The position numbers were made by a program, and so were the translations under genes. 64,000 nucleotides of DNA from Blastocladiella emersonii ATCC 22665. Its lineage: Eukaryota; Fungi; Blastocladiomycota. Under the pieces are notes generated by a model. It was not told where the DNA came from and did no database searches. It worked only from the letters and a program-made list of their open reading frames with translations. The DNA lies in contig JANHCV010000002.1 of the NCBI GenBank assembly GCA_025594325.1, positions 1,178,001-1,242,000 of the forward strand, read 5' to 3'. Shown here one piece after another: positions 1 to 9,995 of the stretch (positions are counted from its first letter, which is position 1; every line of letters begins with the position of its first letter).

Positions 1-959
1 GCGCGAAAAGTCGGAGATCTACGACCACTACCTGTACCTGGCGCTCAAGACGCCGTCCGACGCGGCGGCCGCGTCGTCGGTCGACGACGGGTCCGTGTCG
101 GCGACGATGCGCGAGACGACCGTGTTCGTGCTCCTGTTCCGCGAGTGCATCGTCACGGTGCACCTCGAGCCTGTGCGCCACGCGTTCAACGTCGCGGTTC
201 GGCTTATGACGGCGCCGGGGCTCTCGGCGGGCGCGACCGCGGCCGCGGCGCTCGACAGCAAGGCGGCCATGGGGCGGCCGCAGGTATGGCTCGCGCCCGA
301 TTGGGTCCTGTACACGGTGCTCGACGACATCATCGAGTCGATGCGGCCCGTGATCCACGGCATCGACGGCGCGGTCGAGGGCATCGAGCGGCAGGTGCAG
401 GTCGCGGACGTGAACGGCGAGAACGAGACGCTGCTGCGGCGGATCCGGCGCACGGGCAAGCGCGTCGGGCAGCTTGTGCACCTGCTCCATCGAAAGGAGG
501 AGGTGGTCAAGTCGCTGTCGCACCGCAGCTCGCGGTACATCCACCCGGCTACGGTCGTGTACCTGCGCGACATCTTCGACCACATTGTCACGCTGCAGCA
601 CTCGCTGGCGGCGACCAAGGACGCGCTCAACACGGCCAACGGCAACTTCAAGTCGCACCTCGAGCTCACCATGTCCAAGATGTCGCACAACATGAACGTC
701 AGCATGAAACAGATCACGATCATGGGCGCCGCGTTCATGCCCATCACGGCCAGTACGTGCTGATCGCTCACTCTCGCGCGTGTGATGGTTCGCTGACGCA
801 TCTCTCGCACGCTCTGTAGTCGCCGGTATCTTCGGCATGAACGTGCGCATCCCGGGGCATCACGAGTTTAACCCACAGGACGTCAATTACGTCTACTTCT
901 GGTCCATCCTTGGCTTCATGATCGTCGTCTCGTTCACCTTCGTTTGGTGGCTGCGCTAA
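1..959 (+). CDS. CorA/Alr1-family Mg2+ transporter, 5' partial; exons <1-752 and 820-959
   Basis: Frame REKSEIYDHYLYLALK...; splicing the GT-AG intron 753-819 gives FMPITAIAGIFGMNVRIPG (CorA GMN signature), a final TM helix and TAA at 957-959. Confidence 0.88.
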
Positions 960-1273
960 ACTCGCGGCACGTTGCCTTGTTTGTGAACTTGTACATATCA
1001 TACATTCATTCGATCCAGATCCGCGTGCGGCGATCAGAGTGCAGGATTTGGACGCGCCGCTGGCGAAGGCGCGAGACAGAACGCGAGACGCGTCTCGCAG
1101 CGGCGCACGTGCGCAACTCCAACGCGTTTCAGCTTCCAGCGACCAAGCGCATCGGCTCTCCCCTTCCTCCTCCCCTCGCTCCCCGCTCCACGGACCGCGT
1201 CCTTGTAATCCATGCATCGCTTTCAGGAGACTTGAAGGAAGCCGATCCAGTGACTCTTTCGCACACACTCACT

Positions 1274-4245
1274 ATGGCTCCAGTTGCGACCCAGTCGCCG
1301 TCCGTGGGGCACGAGCCGCCACCACCCGCGTCGCCGCCGTCCGTCCGAGAGACGCCGAACCCGATACCGCTGCCCGATGATCTCGCCCAGGCCGTGCTGG
1401 TACGGCGAGCGCGGTCCGCGATGAATGCGTCGCGTGCTGATCGTTCAGCAATGGCTGTAGCGGCTTGCAAAGCCCAGCATCTACCTCGAGCCGCTCGCCG
1501 ACCGGCTGGTCGCGCACAAGCACTTTGCCGAGTCGGTGATCGAGTTCTCCAAGGACGTGTACGTAGGTCGGCGTCGCACGCGAGCCCTGCTGGTACTGAT
1601 TGCGCTGCACATCGTAGCGCGCAAGTGTACGAGTCGTTCGGCAAGGCGCTGCTCAAGGTCGTGGCCAAGTACCAGGTCGACAACCCTGACGGTGTCGGGT
1701 ACGCCCTACGAGTGCCGCTCCGCAGACTGAAACTCATCTCCACTCGCACTAGTGTGTTCGCCGCGCCATGGGCCTCGTTCCGCCACCAGCAGGAGCTCGT
1801 CGCGACACACGCCGCGTCCATGACACCGAGCCTCACCGCCAAGGCCGAGAAGCTCAAGGAGTCGCTCAACAAGGACGGCTGGAAGAGCCTGCGCGGCCAC
1901 CAGAAGCGCGCCGTCAAGTCCGCGCGCGCCCTCGAGGACGCACAGGCAAAGTACACGGCCGCGTCCAACGACCCGAAGAAGCCCAACGAGAAGAAGCTCG
2001 AGAAGCTGCGCGATCGCGAGAGCAAGGACCGCGCCGTGTGGATCGCCGACTGCCTCGACATGGTCAACGTACGCGGCCCGCGCGCGCTTCCTCGCTCGCC
2101 AGCCTGACCTTCATCGCGGACGTGTAGGGCGCGCAAGCTCTCGAGCAGGACCTCGTGGCGCAGGTCTCCGACTTCCTCAAGTCCGCCAACACCTCGCACA
2201 AGGCACACAACGAGGCCTCGGTTCAGCACGCCGCCAAGGTCGCCGACGAGCTCGACGGGATCACCGCGGGCCAGGCCGTCACCGCGCTCATCGGCATGCT
2301 GAGCCCCGACGGACCGCCGAAACCCGCCAAGCCCGTCAAGCGCCAGTGGTCCATGTCCCGCACCGGCCGCACGGGATCGGTCGTCGGCAGCGTTATGGAC
2401 GGCGCGTCGCCGAGTGACGTACGATTACGCGAGCTCCGACTCCCGTCCATTGTCCACGAGCTGACGTTCGCGTCACTGTAGGACAAGCCTGGCTCGCCGC
2501 CCGCCCCACAAGTCGACGCAGACGGTTACGCGATCCGCCCGGCCGACGCCGAGAAGGCGCCCACGTCGCTCGCGCGCAAGGACTCGGACTCGGACGACGA
2601 GGACGGCGGCGGGCCGTCGGCCGGCAAGCTCAAGATCGAGATCCAGCAGCACCCGCCCGCCGCCGCTGCCGCGCCACCCGGTCCTCCCGGCCTCCTCGGC
2701 GGCCCGCCGCTGCTCCCCATGCGCACCGGCAGCAACCAGTCCACGTCGTCGACGTCGGCCGCCACCACAGTCGGGTTCAACGGGACCGCGACCGGGTTCC
2801 AGCCGCCGCCGCTCACGTCCAGTCCGTCTAACGGCCTCTTCTCCCCGATCGGCGGCCAGATGGACCTCGCGCCCGTGCTCGTCCCGACCACGGCCAAGTG
2901 GGGCTCGCCCACGTCCGTCGCAACGTACCCGTCCGTGCTCGCGTACTCTGGCCCGAACAGCGCGGGATCGGGCGGCAGCGCCGCGCCGTCGATGGCCGGG
3001 ACGGGCGCGAGTCCCGCCGACTCGGAGTTTGGCGCCCTCGCGCCGTCCTCGTCGTCCGCTGCACCCGCACCGCGCGCTCGCGGGCGTCGCGCGGTCGCTG
3101 GTACCGCTCAACCGGCGAGTAACGGTGTTGGGACCGCGACGCCGACGGGCATGACGACTTCGCCGTCGTCCATGGCGGCGGGCCAGGCGGGCGGGTTCGA
3201 TCCCGCCATCCTCACGGCCACGTCCGCCGCGAGCAATACGGGCTCGAGCGGGATCCCGTGGCCATCGACGACGACCGCGGTTCCGCTCGCCACGTCATCG
3301 TCTATGATGCCCGCGTCGTCCTTGATGATGCCGTCGGCCGCGTCGGGCGCTGGCGTATCGTCGTTCTCGACGCTGACGTGGAACAACGCGGCGGCAGCTG
3401 CGCCGACTATGACCGCCGCGTTCCCGACGACCGTGACCACCGCGACGTTCCCCATGACCACCACCTGGGCCGCGCCGCCGCCACCGCAAATGGCACACGT
3501 CCTCGTGCAAGAGCAGCTCAAGCTGCTCGCCATCGACGGCCGCATCATCAAGCTGCTCGTCGGCGGGCAAGCCACGCTCACGCCGCCGCTGCCCACGGGC
3601 CCGCCTCTCGGCCTGCGCGTCCGCAACCCGCGCGCGTGGGCCGTACTCGACGCCACCGCTGCCTCATCGGCCCCGTTGTCCGCGGACCTCGTCCCCATTA
3701 CCGCCACGCTGCCGTCCGAGCCCACGGCCCCCGCCGCTCCCGTCGTCCTGTTCAGGTACCAGGGCACGCTCGACGGCGCTGATGCGTCGGTCCTGCCCGT
3801 CACGGTCGCGTTGCCCGTCCTCGATCGGGGTGCGGACGGGGCGACCACGCGCGTCACCGTGTCGTGGGCGACGTCGGTCCTCGGCGCGGCTGTGTCCAGC
3901 ATCGCGGTCGTGGCGGCGAATCCGGCGATCAACCTCGCGACGGCCGCTGTCGTCGTGGACAACCCGCACGGTGCGGTGGCTGACGCGGCGGCGCGCGCGT
4001 TCATGTGGCGCGATCCCGCGGCGCACGAGCTGGCGCTCGCGTGGACCGACGCGCAGGTCGTGGGCGCGGGAGGGGTCGAGGTGCACGTCAAGTTCAGTGT
4101 GCCCGACTCGCTCGTGGCGCGGCTTGATGTCGAGATGGGCGAGACCGAGGGGAGCGGTGGGCCGGTGCGCAACGTGTCGGTGCACTCGCGCACGATGGCG
4201 GGGCTCTACGTGTTCCGGTTCACGGCGCCAACATCGCTGAGCTGA
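1274..4245 (+). CDS. Muniscin (Syp1/FCHo-like): N-terminal F-BAR-like helical region, S/T/P-rich linker, C-terminal mu-homology domain; multi-exon
   Basis: ATG 1274; spliced exons give KDVAQVYESFGKALLKVVAKY (F-BAR-like); last exon contains VLVQEQLKLLAIDGRIIKLLVGGQ and ends VSVHSRTMAGLYVFRF, resembling the muniscin mu-homology domain. Internal exon limits only partly resolved. Confidence 0.7.
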
Positions 4246-4909
4246 GCGGGAGGGGACGGACAATGCATGACGTATTCACTAATGCGGGAGCAGCGGTACA
4301 TGTCAGGCACTTGAGAGAGTGAGCGAATTGGTGCGCCCGAGTGACGGCGGCCGTTACCGTGTCACCGCGTCACCGCATGCGCAAGAGCGTGTCGCTCAAC
4401 AGAAATGTGATAAGTTGAACTCGAACAAACTGGGTGGCGCTGCGGCCCCGGTGCCCGTCGCGTATTCGACCTTTGAGTCGGCTGAGAACATCTGGCGCTG
4501 TTAAAAGTGAAATTTAATTATAGGGACTGAACCCGCAAACTTGAGAATATCCGCAAACTTGAGAATTGAGCGGAGAGAGGGCGAGGGTCGGAGCGACCTC
4601 GAATCAAATGAACGACGCGTCGCGTTTCCATCACAAAACCCGGAACGGTGAACTGGGACCATATGAACTGAAATGGGTGTCGGCCAGCACAATTGACTTC
4701 ATATGAACTGCTCTCATGAATTGGGCCTCATACAGAGCGAACTGAGGGTCAGGGACTCGGGCTGAGCTGGACCCAATTCGGGGCCAATTGAGCGACAGGT
4801 TCGGCGGCGGGAAGTACTCGATATATGAGAAGCGCGAAATGTGGGATAGCAGTTGAGGGGCAGATGTGCGCACGTAGCGCGCTGCGGCGTGTGAAGCGGC
4901 CGCCGCGCG

Positions 4910-6250
4910 CTAGCGGATCGAGTCCAGGAAGCCTGGAAGCTCGCTGATGTGGTACTGGTCGCGGCTCACGCACGGGTTGAGCCAGAAGCGCGTGAAGTGG
5001 CTCTGGCGCGCGGCCGTGGCCCGCGACCCACTGGAGCGGGCGCCTTTCTTGGGACGCACGAACGGCATCTTGAGCTCCTTGAGCACCTTTTGCGCGCTTG
5101 TCATCGCCGAGAACGCGGGCACGACATGAGCAGCGACCTCGACGGCCGCGGCCGACACGGCAAAGGGCGCGGCGCTTCGGGTGAGCTTGAGGTAGCCCAG
5201 GTCGTTGTGCGGCCCGTTGAGTTGCCGCTGAAGGTGGTAGCCGAACACGACGTTGAAGGCGTACATGGTGCCCTTTCCATCCTTGTAGTCAAACTCGAGG
5301 AAGATGCGCGGCTCGACGACGCGCCGCTGGCCATTGTCAAGGCGTACCTGCAAGCATGCGAGCACCTGTCAGCGACTGCGCACGTGAATCGACGCAGCGA
5401 TGGGCGCGCGTCACACACGCGAAAACGTACGATCATGGTATCCCAGCGAAGCGAGCCTTACAGCGTGACGACGCACGCGTGTATGACCTCCTGGACCGTT
5501 TCGTCGAGGAGCTCGCTGTGCCGCGCGAGGATCAGCGTCTGGTACGGCATGAGCTACACGACAACAGGCATTGATGATCGTAGCGCCGTTGTGCGCCGCT
5601 GTTCCCGCCGGCCTCGTCAATGACGTTCATGACGCCCACCATGGCGACCTGCACGAAGTTGTTGAGCTTGTTGAGCTGCTGGGCGAGGGGGTGCGCGGGT
5701 GCCCCAACACGGACGCGCGAGCGGATCAAGGCGGCTCCAAACAAACTGGAAGCAGCAGAAGCGACAGCGTATCGCTCAGCCGCGCAGAGCAACTGCTCTC
5801 AGTCCAGGGCCCCGTTGCACATGTCAAATGACTCGATGGTGGGCAGCAGAAGGCGGCATTCGATGTGCAAGGCGCACTTTCTCTCACACAGCTCGCGTCA
5901 GCACCCGCCCGTGCAGAATACTCTAAGATTGGTCGCCCAATTGTGCAGGTCGACGACGAGCAGGTCCCAACTTGGGTGAAGAGGCTGCGGTGGGAGGAGG
6001 AAGCGCAAATGTCGCCGTTGTCCAAGGCCGACTTGGTGAAGTAGCGGCGGAGCGCAGCTGCACGCAGAGCCGTATGCATCCGGCTAGTTTCATGAGTTTG
6101 CATCAAGTTGAGGACGTTGCAGAGTGTCGTGGCAGCGAAGATGGGGTCGGCGGGGTCGGCGGGGTCGGCGGGCGGTGGCGGCACTCGTGGCGCGTCGCGT
6201 CCTCCCTCCTGAACGAGGCGCGATCGGGCGGTCAGCTGATTGCTGAGAAC
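4910..6250 (-). pseudogene. Disrupted transposase-like ORF, possibly Plavaka/CACTA (CMC)-type C-terminal region
   Basis: Coding-like frames broken by in-frame stops (5898-5900, 5799-5801, 5458-5460) and frameshifts. The C-terminus VVEPRIFLEFDY...LGYLKLTR...FAVSAAAVEVAAHVVPAF resembles from memory the 'V..V..IF...G.Y.V.R...I.RA.HL.P.F' tail of such transposases. 5' limit approximate. Confidence 0.4.
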
Positions 6251-6732
6251 GAAGCGACTTGGCCGCGCGCGCGCGCCGGTGGTCGGTGTCTTGGATCCAT
6301 TCCGGCTCAAAGTCGCTGCGTTGCCCACGCTTCCGCTCCCGCTCCGCTGCCGACCATTGGCTCCATGTAGCGCCGTACATCGCCCTCGCCCCTCAATCCG
6401 CGACACGCACAGACGCACGCGCGCACGAAGCACGCGCGCGTGCGTCCGTCGACCAACTCTGTGGGCACCGTCGCCGCCGTAGCTGAGGTGCGGCCCACGA
6501 CGCCGCGACGCTATCCGCTCGGTCTCACCCTCCGCGTCTCGCGCTGGCAGCTGTAGTGGCACCCCGAACGGCAAAGCTCGCGGTCTCAGTGGCTCAAGCG
6601 CTCGCTCGCTCGCCACTGTGTCGCTGCTCGAGACACGACCGCGGCCGGTCCCCGACTGGCCCTGCGAGTCGCGTAGCGGCAGCAGCAGCGGTCGCGGCCG
6701 TGGAACTAACTTTGGCACAGGCTGCGGTACTA

Positions 6733-8085
6733 ATGCCGTTGACCCTCGAGGCGACCGTGACCCGGCTCGTGGCCGTGGCTCAGGTCAAGGCCAGGTCGAG
6801 GTACGCAGCCTGCTCCCGCCCGCCCATTTGCTCCCTGCTCCCATTCGCCCCGCCCATCTCCCGCTCGACTCGGTCTAGCATTCTTCTCGCCCATCTCCCG
6901 CCCGACTTGGTCTCGCTGCAAACGCGCTGCTGTCGCCGCGAGCCTGCCTTGAACGGCGTGGTGCGGCGCGATTGTGTGGCGTCCACGTCGCAATCTTCCC
7001 CTCCCTGCATCCTTACACCCGAAGCTTCGCGCTCAAGACGCTTGTCCACTCACACCTGCCCGCCTTTCTCGCTCCAGGACCACGTCGGCGCCGACGGTCG
7101 CCGTGTTCCGCCCCGTTCGCCGCAAGCGCCGCGCGTGAACTCGTCCTCATCACCACCGACGCCATCGCGCGTCCAGCTCGCCACCCGCGTGGTCAAGTCG
7201 CCCAGAAAGGCCTTCACGCTGGCGCGCAAGACGCTCGTCCTCATCCGCGGCCCCTACACGCCGTCGGGCGACAAGGCGTTTGTCAAGCTGTTCCACAAGC
7301 GCCGCTACAAGTTCTCGCACAAGACCAAGCACGGGAAACGCGGCGACGAGTCGGTACGTTGCGCGTGGGTCGCCCTCGGGGACCTTTGCTTACCACGGCA
7401 CGGCTGTGTAGGACTCGATGACCATTGCCGACGCGCGCGGCCTGCTGGTCACGTCAGTCAAGAGTGCCGCCAGCAACTACGTGCTCCAGCTCCAGAACAT
7501 GACGATCGCGCCGCTGTCGGATCGCAGCGCGACCCAGGCGCCCGTGATCATCTTGTATGTGCTGGTCCCGCTGCTGGTCCCCGCGCAAGCCGGCTCTCTT
7601 GCGCTATGACCCTGCGTGCGATGTGCTCAATCCTGATCCTCCCCCACTTCGCGCGCACACTCTGAACAGACAAGCTCATCGAGGACCTCGCGCCCATGAT
7701 CCAGCTCCTGCACTGCACGAGCCGCAACAAGGAGCGCAACATGAAGCCGTGAAAGCGGCCCAACCACGCACCCGCAGTCGCGGCCAATGACGCTGGCACC
7801 ATCAAGCAGTACGTGGTCAAGATCATCGCGGCCATTGCGGTCTTGATACGCGCTCACTGTCTAGGCGATGCCACACTCGCTGACCGGCGGCGCTCGTACT
7901 GCTAGGCGTTCAAGTTCGTCATGGCGCAGGCGCACGAGGGTGCCCACAAGTCCATGGATAGGGACAAGGCGACGGCGACCCACAAGGCCATGGTCGGCGC
8001 GCTCCACGCCCAGGACGCCTTTGACGCGCGGGAAGTGGCCGAGGAGCTGCTCAGCGTGACCATCGGCCCTGAGAAGAAGAAGTAG
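6733..8085 (+). pseudogene. Multi-exon gene of unknown function inside the element (possible accessory ORF), with a premature stop
   Basis: ATG 6733, GTACG donors and YAG acceptors, exons with strong C/G third-position bias (KAFVKLFHKRRYKFSHKTKHGKRG; AFKFVMAQAHEGAHK...PEKKK*); in-frame TGA at 7750-7752. Confidence 0.5.
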
Positions 8086-8123
8086 CAGCGGCGCGCGTGT
8101 GGGTCCTGGCGTTGGGCAAGCGG

Positions 8124-8225
8124 GCGGTGCGCGTGGGCGCGGGGCGCGGGACGACTGAGCGAGCGGTGCGCGTGGGCGCGGGGCGCGGGACGACTGAGCG
8201 AGCGGCGCGCGTGGGCGCGGGGCGA
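8124..8225. repeat. 39-bp tandem repeat, about 2.6 copies
   Basis: gcggtgcgcgtgggcgcggggcgcgggacgactgagcga repeated head-to-tail with no spacers. Confidence 0.9.
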
Positions 8226-8262
8226 CTGGTCGAATTATGACGCAATAAATCATTATTCCGCA

Positions 8263-8312
8263 TCTCGTGACTCTCGTGACTCGTGACTCTTGTGACTCTC
8301 GTGACTCCATGA
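8263..8312. repeat. Degenerate (TCTCGTGAC)n short tandem repeat
   Basis: tctcgtgactctcgtgactcgtgactcttgtgactctcgtgac seen directly. Confidence 0.8.
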
Positions 8313-8815
8313 CGGTGAAAGCGATTGATCTATTACGATATGAACATACGCAGTCATGCCAGCGGTACGTGACCCATGCCATCCAACCATCAAAATGGGC
8401 ATCAGGATGCACACCATAGCCCTATTCGCGGGTGATACGCGCCCGGCCATCACTTGATCCCAGTCGGTACCAAAACAAGTCATACGGGCCCAAACGGGAC
8501 CAATTGGGGCCGATTGCAATCAATTGAGCCGCCTCGCCCAACTGAGGCCATATCAGCCCAATTGAGCCCAAGTTCGACCGTTATGAAAACCCCAATTCGG
8601 CCGCCGCTCGCATGAACGCAATTGAGGCCCAATTCGCGCCAATTTGGGTGCTCCGGGTTTTGTGATGTCAGGAGCGACGCTCTGCCCTCGCCCTCGCGGT
8701 ATGCACCCACGTGTCCAACCCACACAGCGGCGCCATGGACGAATGCAGCTGACAATCTTACGATCCTTCTCCTGCAGCTACATCCACCGTCGCCCGGCTA
8801 CTCGCCTAATACAGC

Positions 8816-9307
8816 ATGACAATGCTCGCATCCTGTGCAAACCACGGCGAGCTGCCCTCTCCAGCGCAGACCCACGAAGATGCCAACGCCAAATTGTCTC
8901 CCAAAGCAGCCGAGTCCGACTTTGACAAGGCAATCGACCGTGCAGAGAAGCACCTCTGTATCATGTCCATATGGCTCCATTCGATAGTCAGCAATCTCAG
9001 ACACCATGCTGACAGCATCTGGATGGCTATGTCCGCCGTCTGCTATTGTCGAGCAACGCGTGCAAAGCAAGGTCAAGTGATTGAGAAGCTCCTCCTTGGT
9101 CTGTGCCGAGTGGCAACCCTGCGACAGCGACTCAAAGAAGACATGTCGTTGTGGAGTTCGACGTGGCTCATTGCACACCACCAGGGCCCGTTGCTCGACC
9201 CGAACACTTGGGTGTGGGTTGACTGGCATCTCGCAGACATCCACTTCGCGCTTGGAGAGCTTGAGAAGCTGCGCATTAGTCCAAATGTGCTGAACGCGCT
9301 TGTATAA
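8816..9307 (+). CDS. Orphan intronless 163-aa ORF in a lower-GC patch
   Basis: Open ATG-TAA frame without the host's C/G third-position bias; no recognisable motif. Confidence 0.35.
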   Translation: MTMLASCANHGELPSPAQTHEDANAKLSPKAAESDFDKAIDRAEKHLCIMSIWLHSIVSNLRHHADSIWMAMSAVCYCRATRAKQGQVIEKLLLGLCRVATLRQRLKEDMSLWSSTWLIAHHQGPLLDPNTWVWVDWHLADIHFALGELEKLRISPNVLNALV

Positions 9308-9344
9308 TACAACTTTCTTTTTTGATCCGAGCAGTGATGGGATT

Positions 9345-9740
9345 GCGTCCAAGGCCTTGCACCATGTACAGGCACCGCTGTCGTTCCATCATCGTCCTCA
9401 ACGCTGACGTGGAGCAGCCTGGCAGCCGCGTTGACCATGATGGCTGTGGCCATGCATGGCCGCCACGTTTCCCGCAACCACCTGGAATGCGCCGCCGCCA
9501 CCTCAAACAGTGCACATCCTCATACGAGTTCAGCTCGGTTGCGCTTGTTGCGCTCGCAACCGATGGCCGCGCCATCAAGTTGCTGGTCAGCAACCAGGCC
9601 GCGCGCACGCCTCTGCGACCCGCGGGCCCGCGGCTCACCTTGCGCGTCCGCGCGGCGCACGCGCAGGCGCTCGCCGTGGACCGACGCGCAAGTCACTGGC
9701 ACCGGCGGGGTCGAGGTGCATGGTCAAACTCGACGACGCC
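9345..9740 (+). pseudogene. Degenerate partial duplicate of the muniscin 3' region
   Basis: Aligns to about 3340-3625 joined to about 4020-4095 (e.g. DGRAIKLLVSNQ vs DGRIIKLLVGGQ; WTDAQVTGTGGVEVH vs WTDAQVVGAGGVEVH), with frameshifts and an internal deletion. Confidence 0.8.
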
Positions 9741-9995
9741 GAGTTGGACGAGACTGATTCAAAGTGGTCCGCCGATGGGCTGCTGCACGACAGCCGGGTT
9801 CGTTGGCCGCGGCGGCGACATGGCTCAGTGAGAGGAGACAACCAACACAAGAGGTTTCGTAACTAGAACGGGCGCAGAGTGTATTTCCAGCAGCAACGAA
9901 CAGCGATTTCAGCGAGAGAAGGACACGGTCCGCGGGAGCCGACAACAGCAACACGGCGCACGGTAGCGGGGTAGAGGTCGACGGGGAGCAGGACC

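Larger units (their letters stand above)
4570..8700. mobile_element. Decayed DNA transposon-like element with imperfect inverted, CAATT-rich subterminal repeats and two divergent internal genes
   Basis: Three colinear exact inverted matches: 4577-4587/8685-8695 (11 bp), 4629-4644/8652-8667 (16 bp), 4718-4730/8623-8635 (13 bp); many CCAATT/CAATTG motifs at both ends. Exact termini and TSD not found. Confidence 0.6.

Noticed and set aside
5458-7752. Stop-codon reassignment or selenocysteine suggested by in-frame TGA/TAA/TAG
   Set aside because: All three stop types are used as normal terminators in conserved genes; the internal stops occur only in loci that also carry frameshifts or lie in the decayed element; no selenoprotein motif recognised.
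8124-8225. CRISPR-like array
   Set aside because: The 39-bp units are contiguous with no spacers, there are no cas genes, and the context is eukaryotic.
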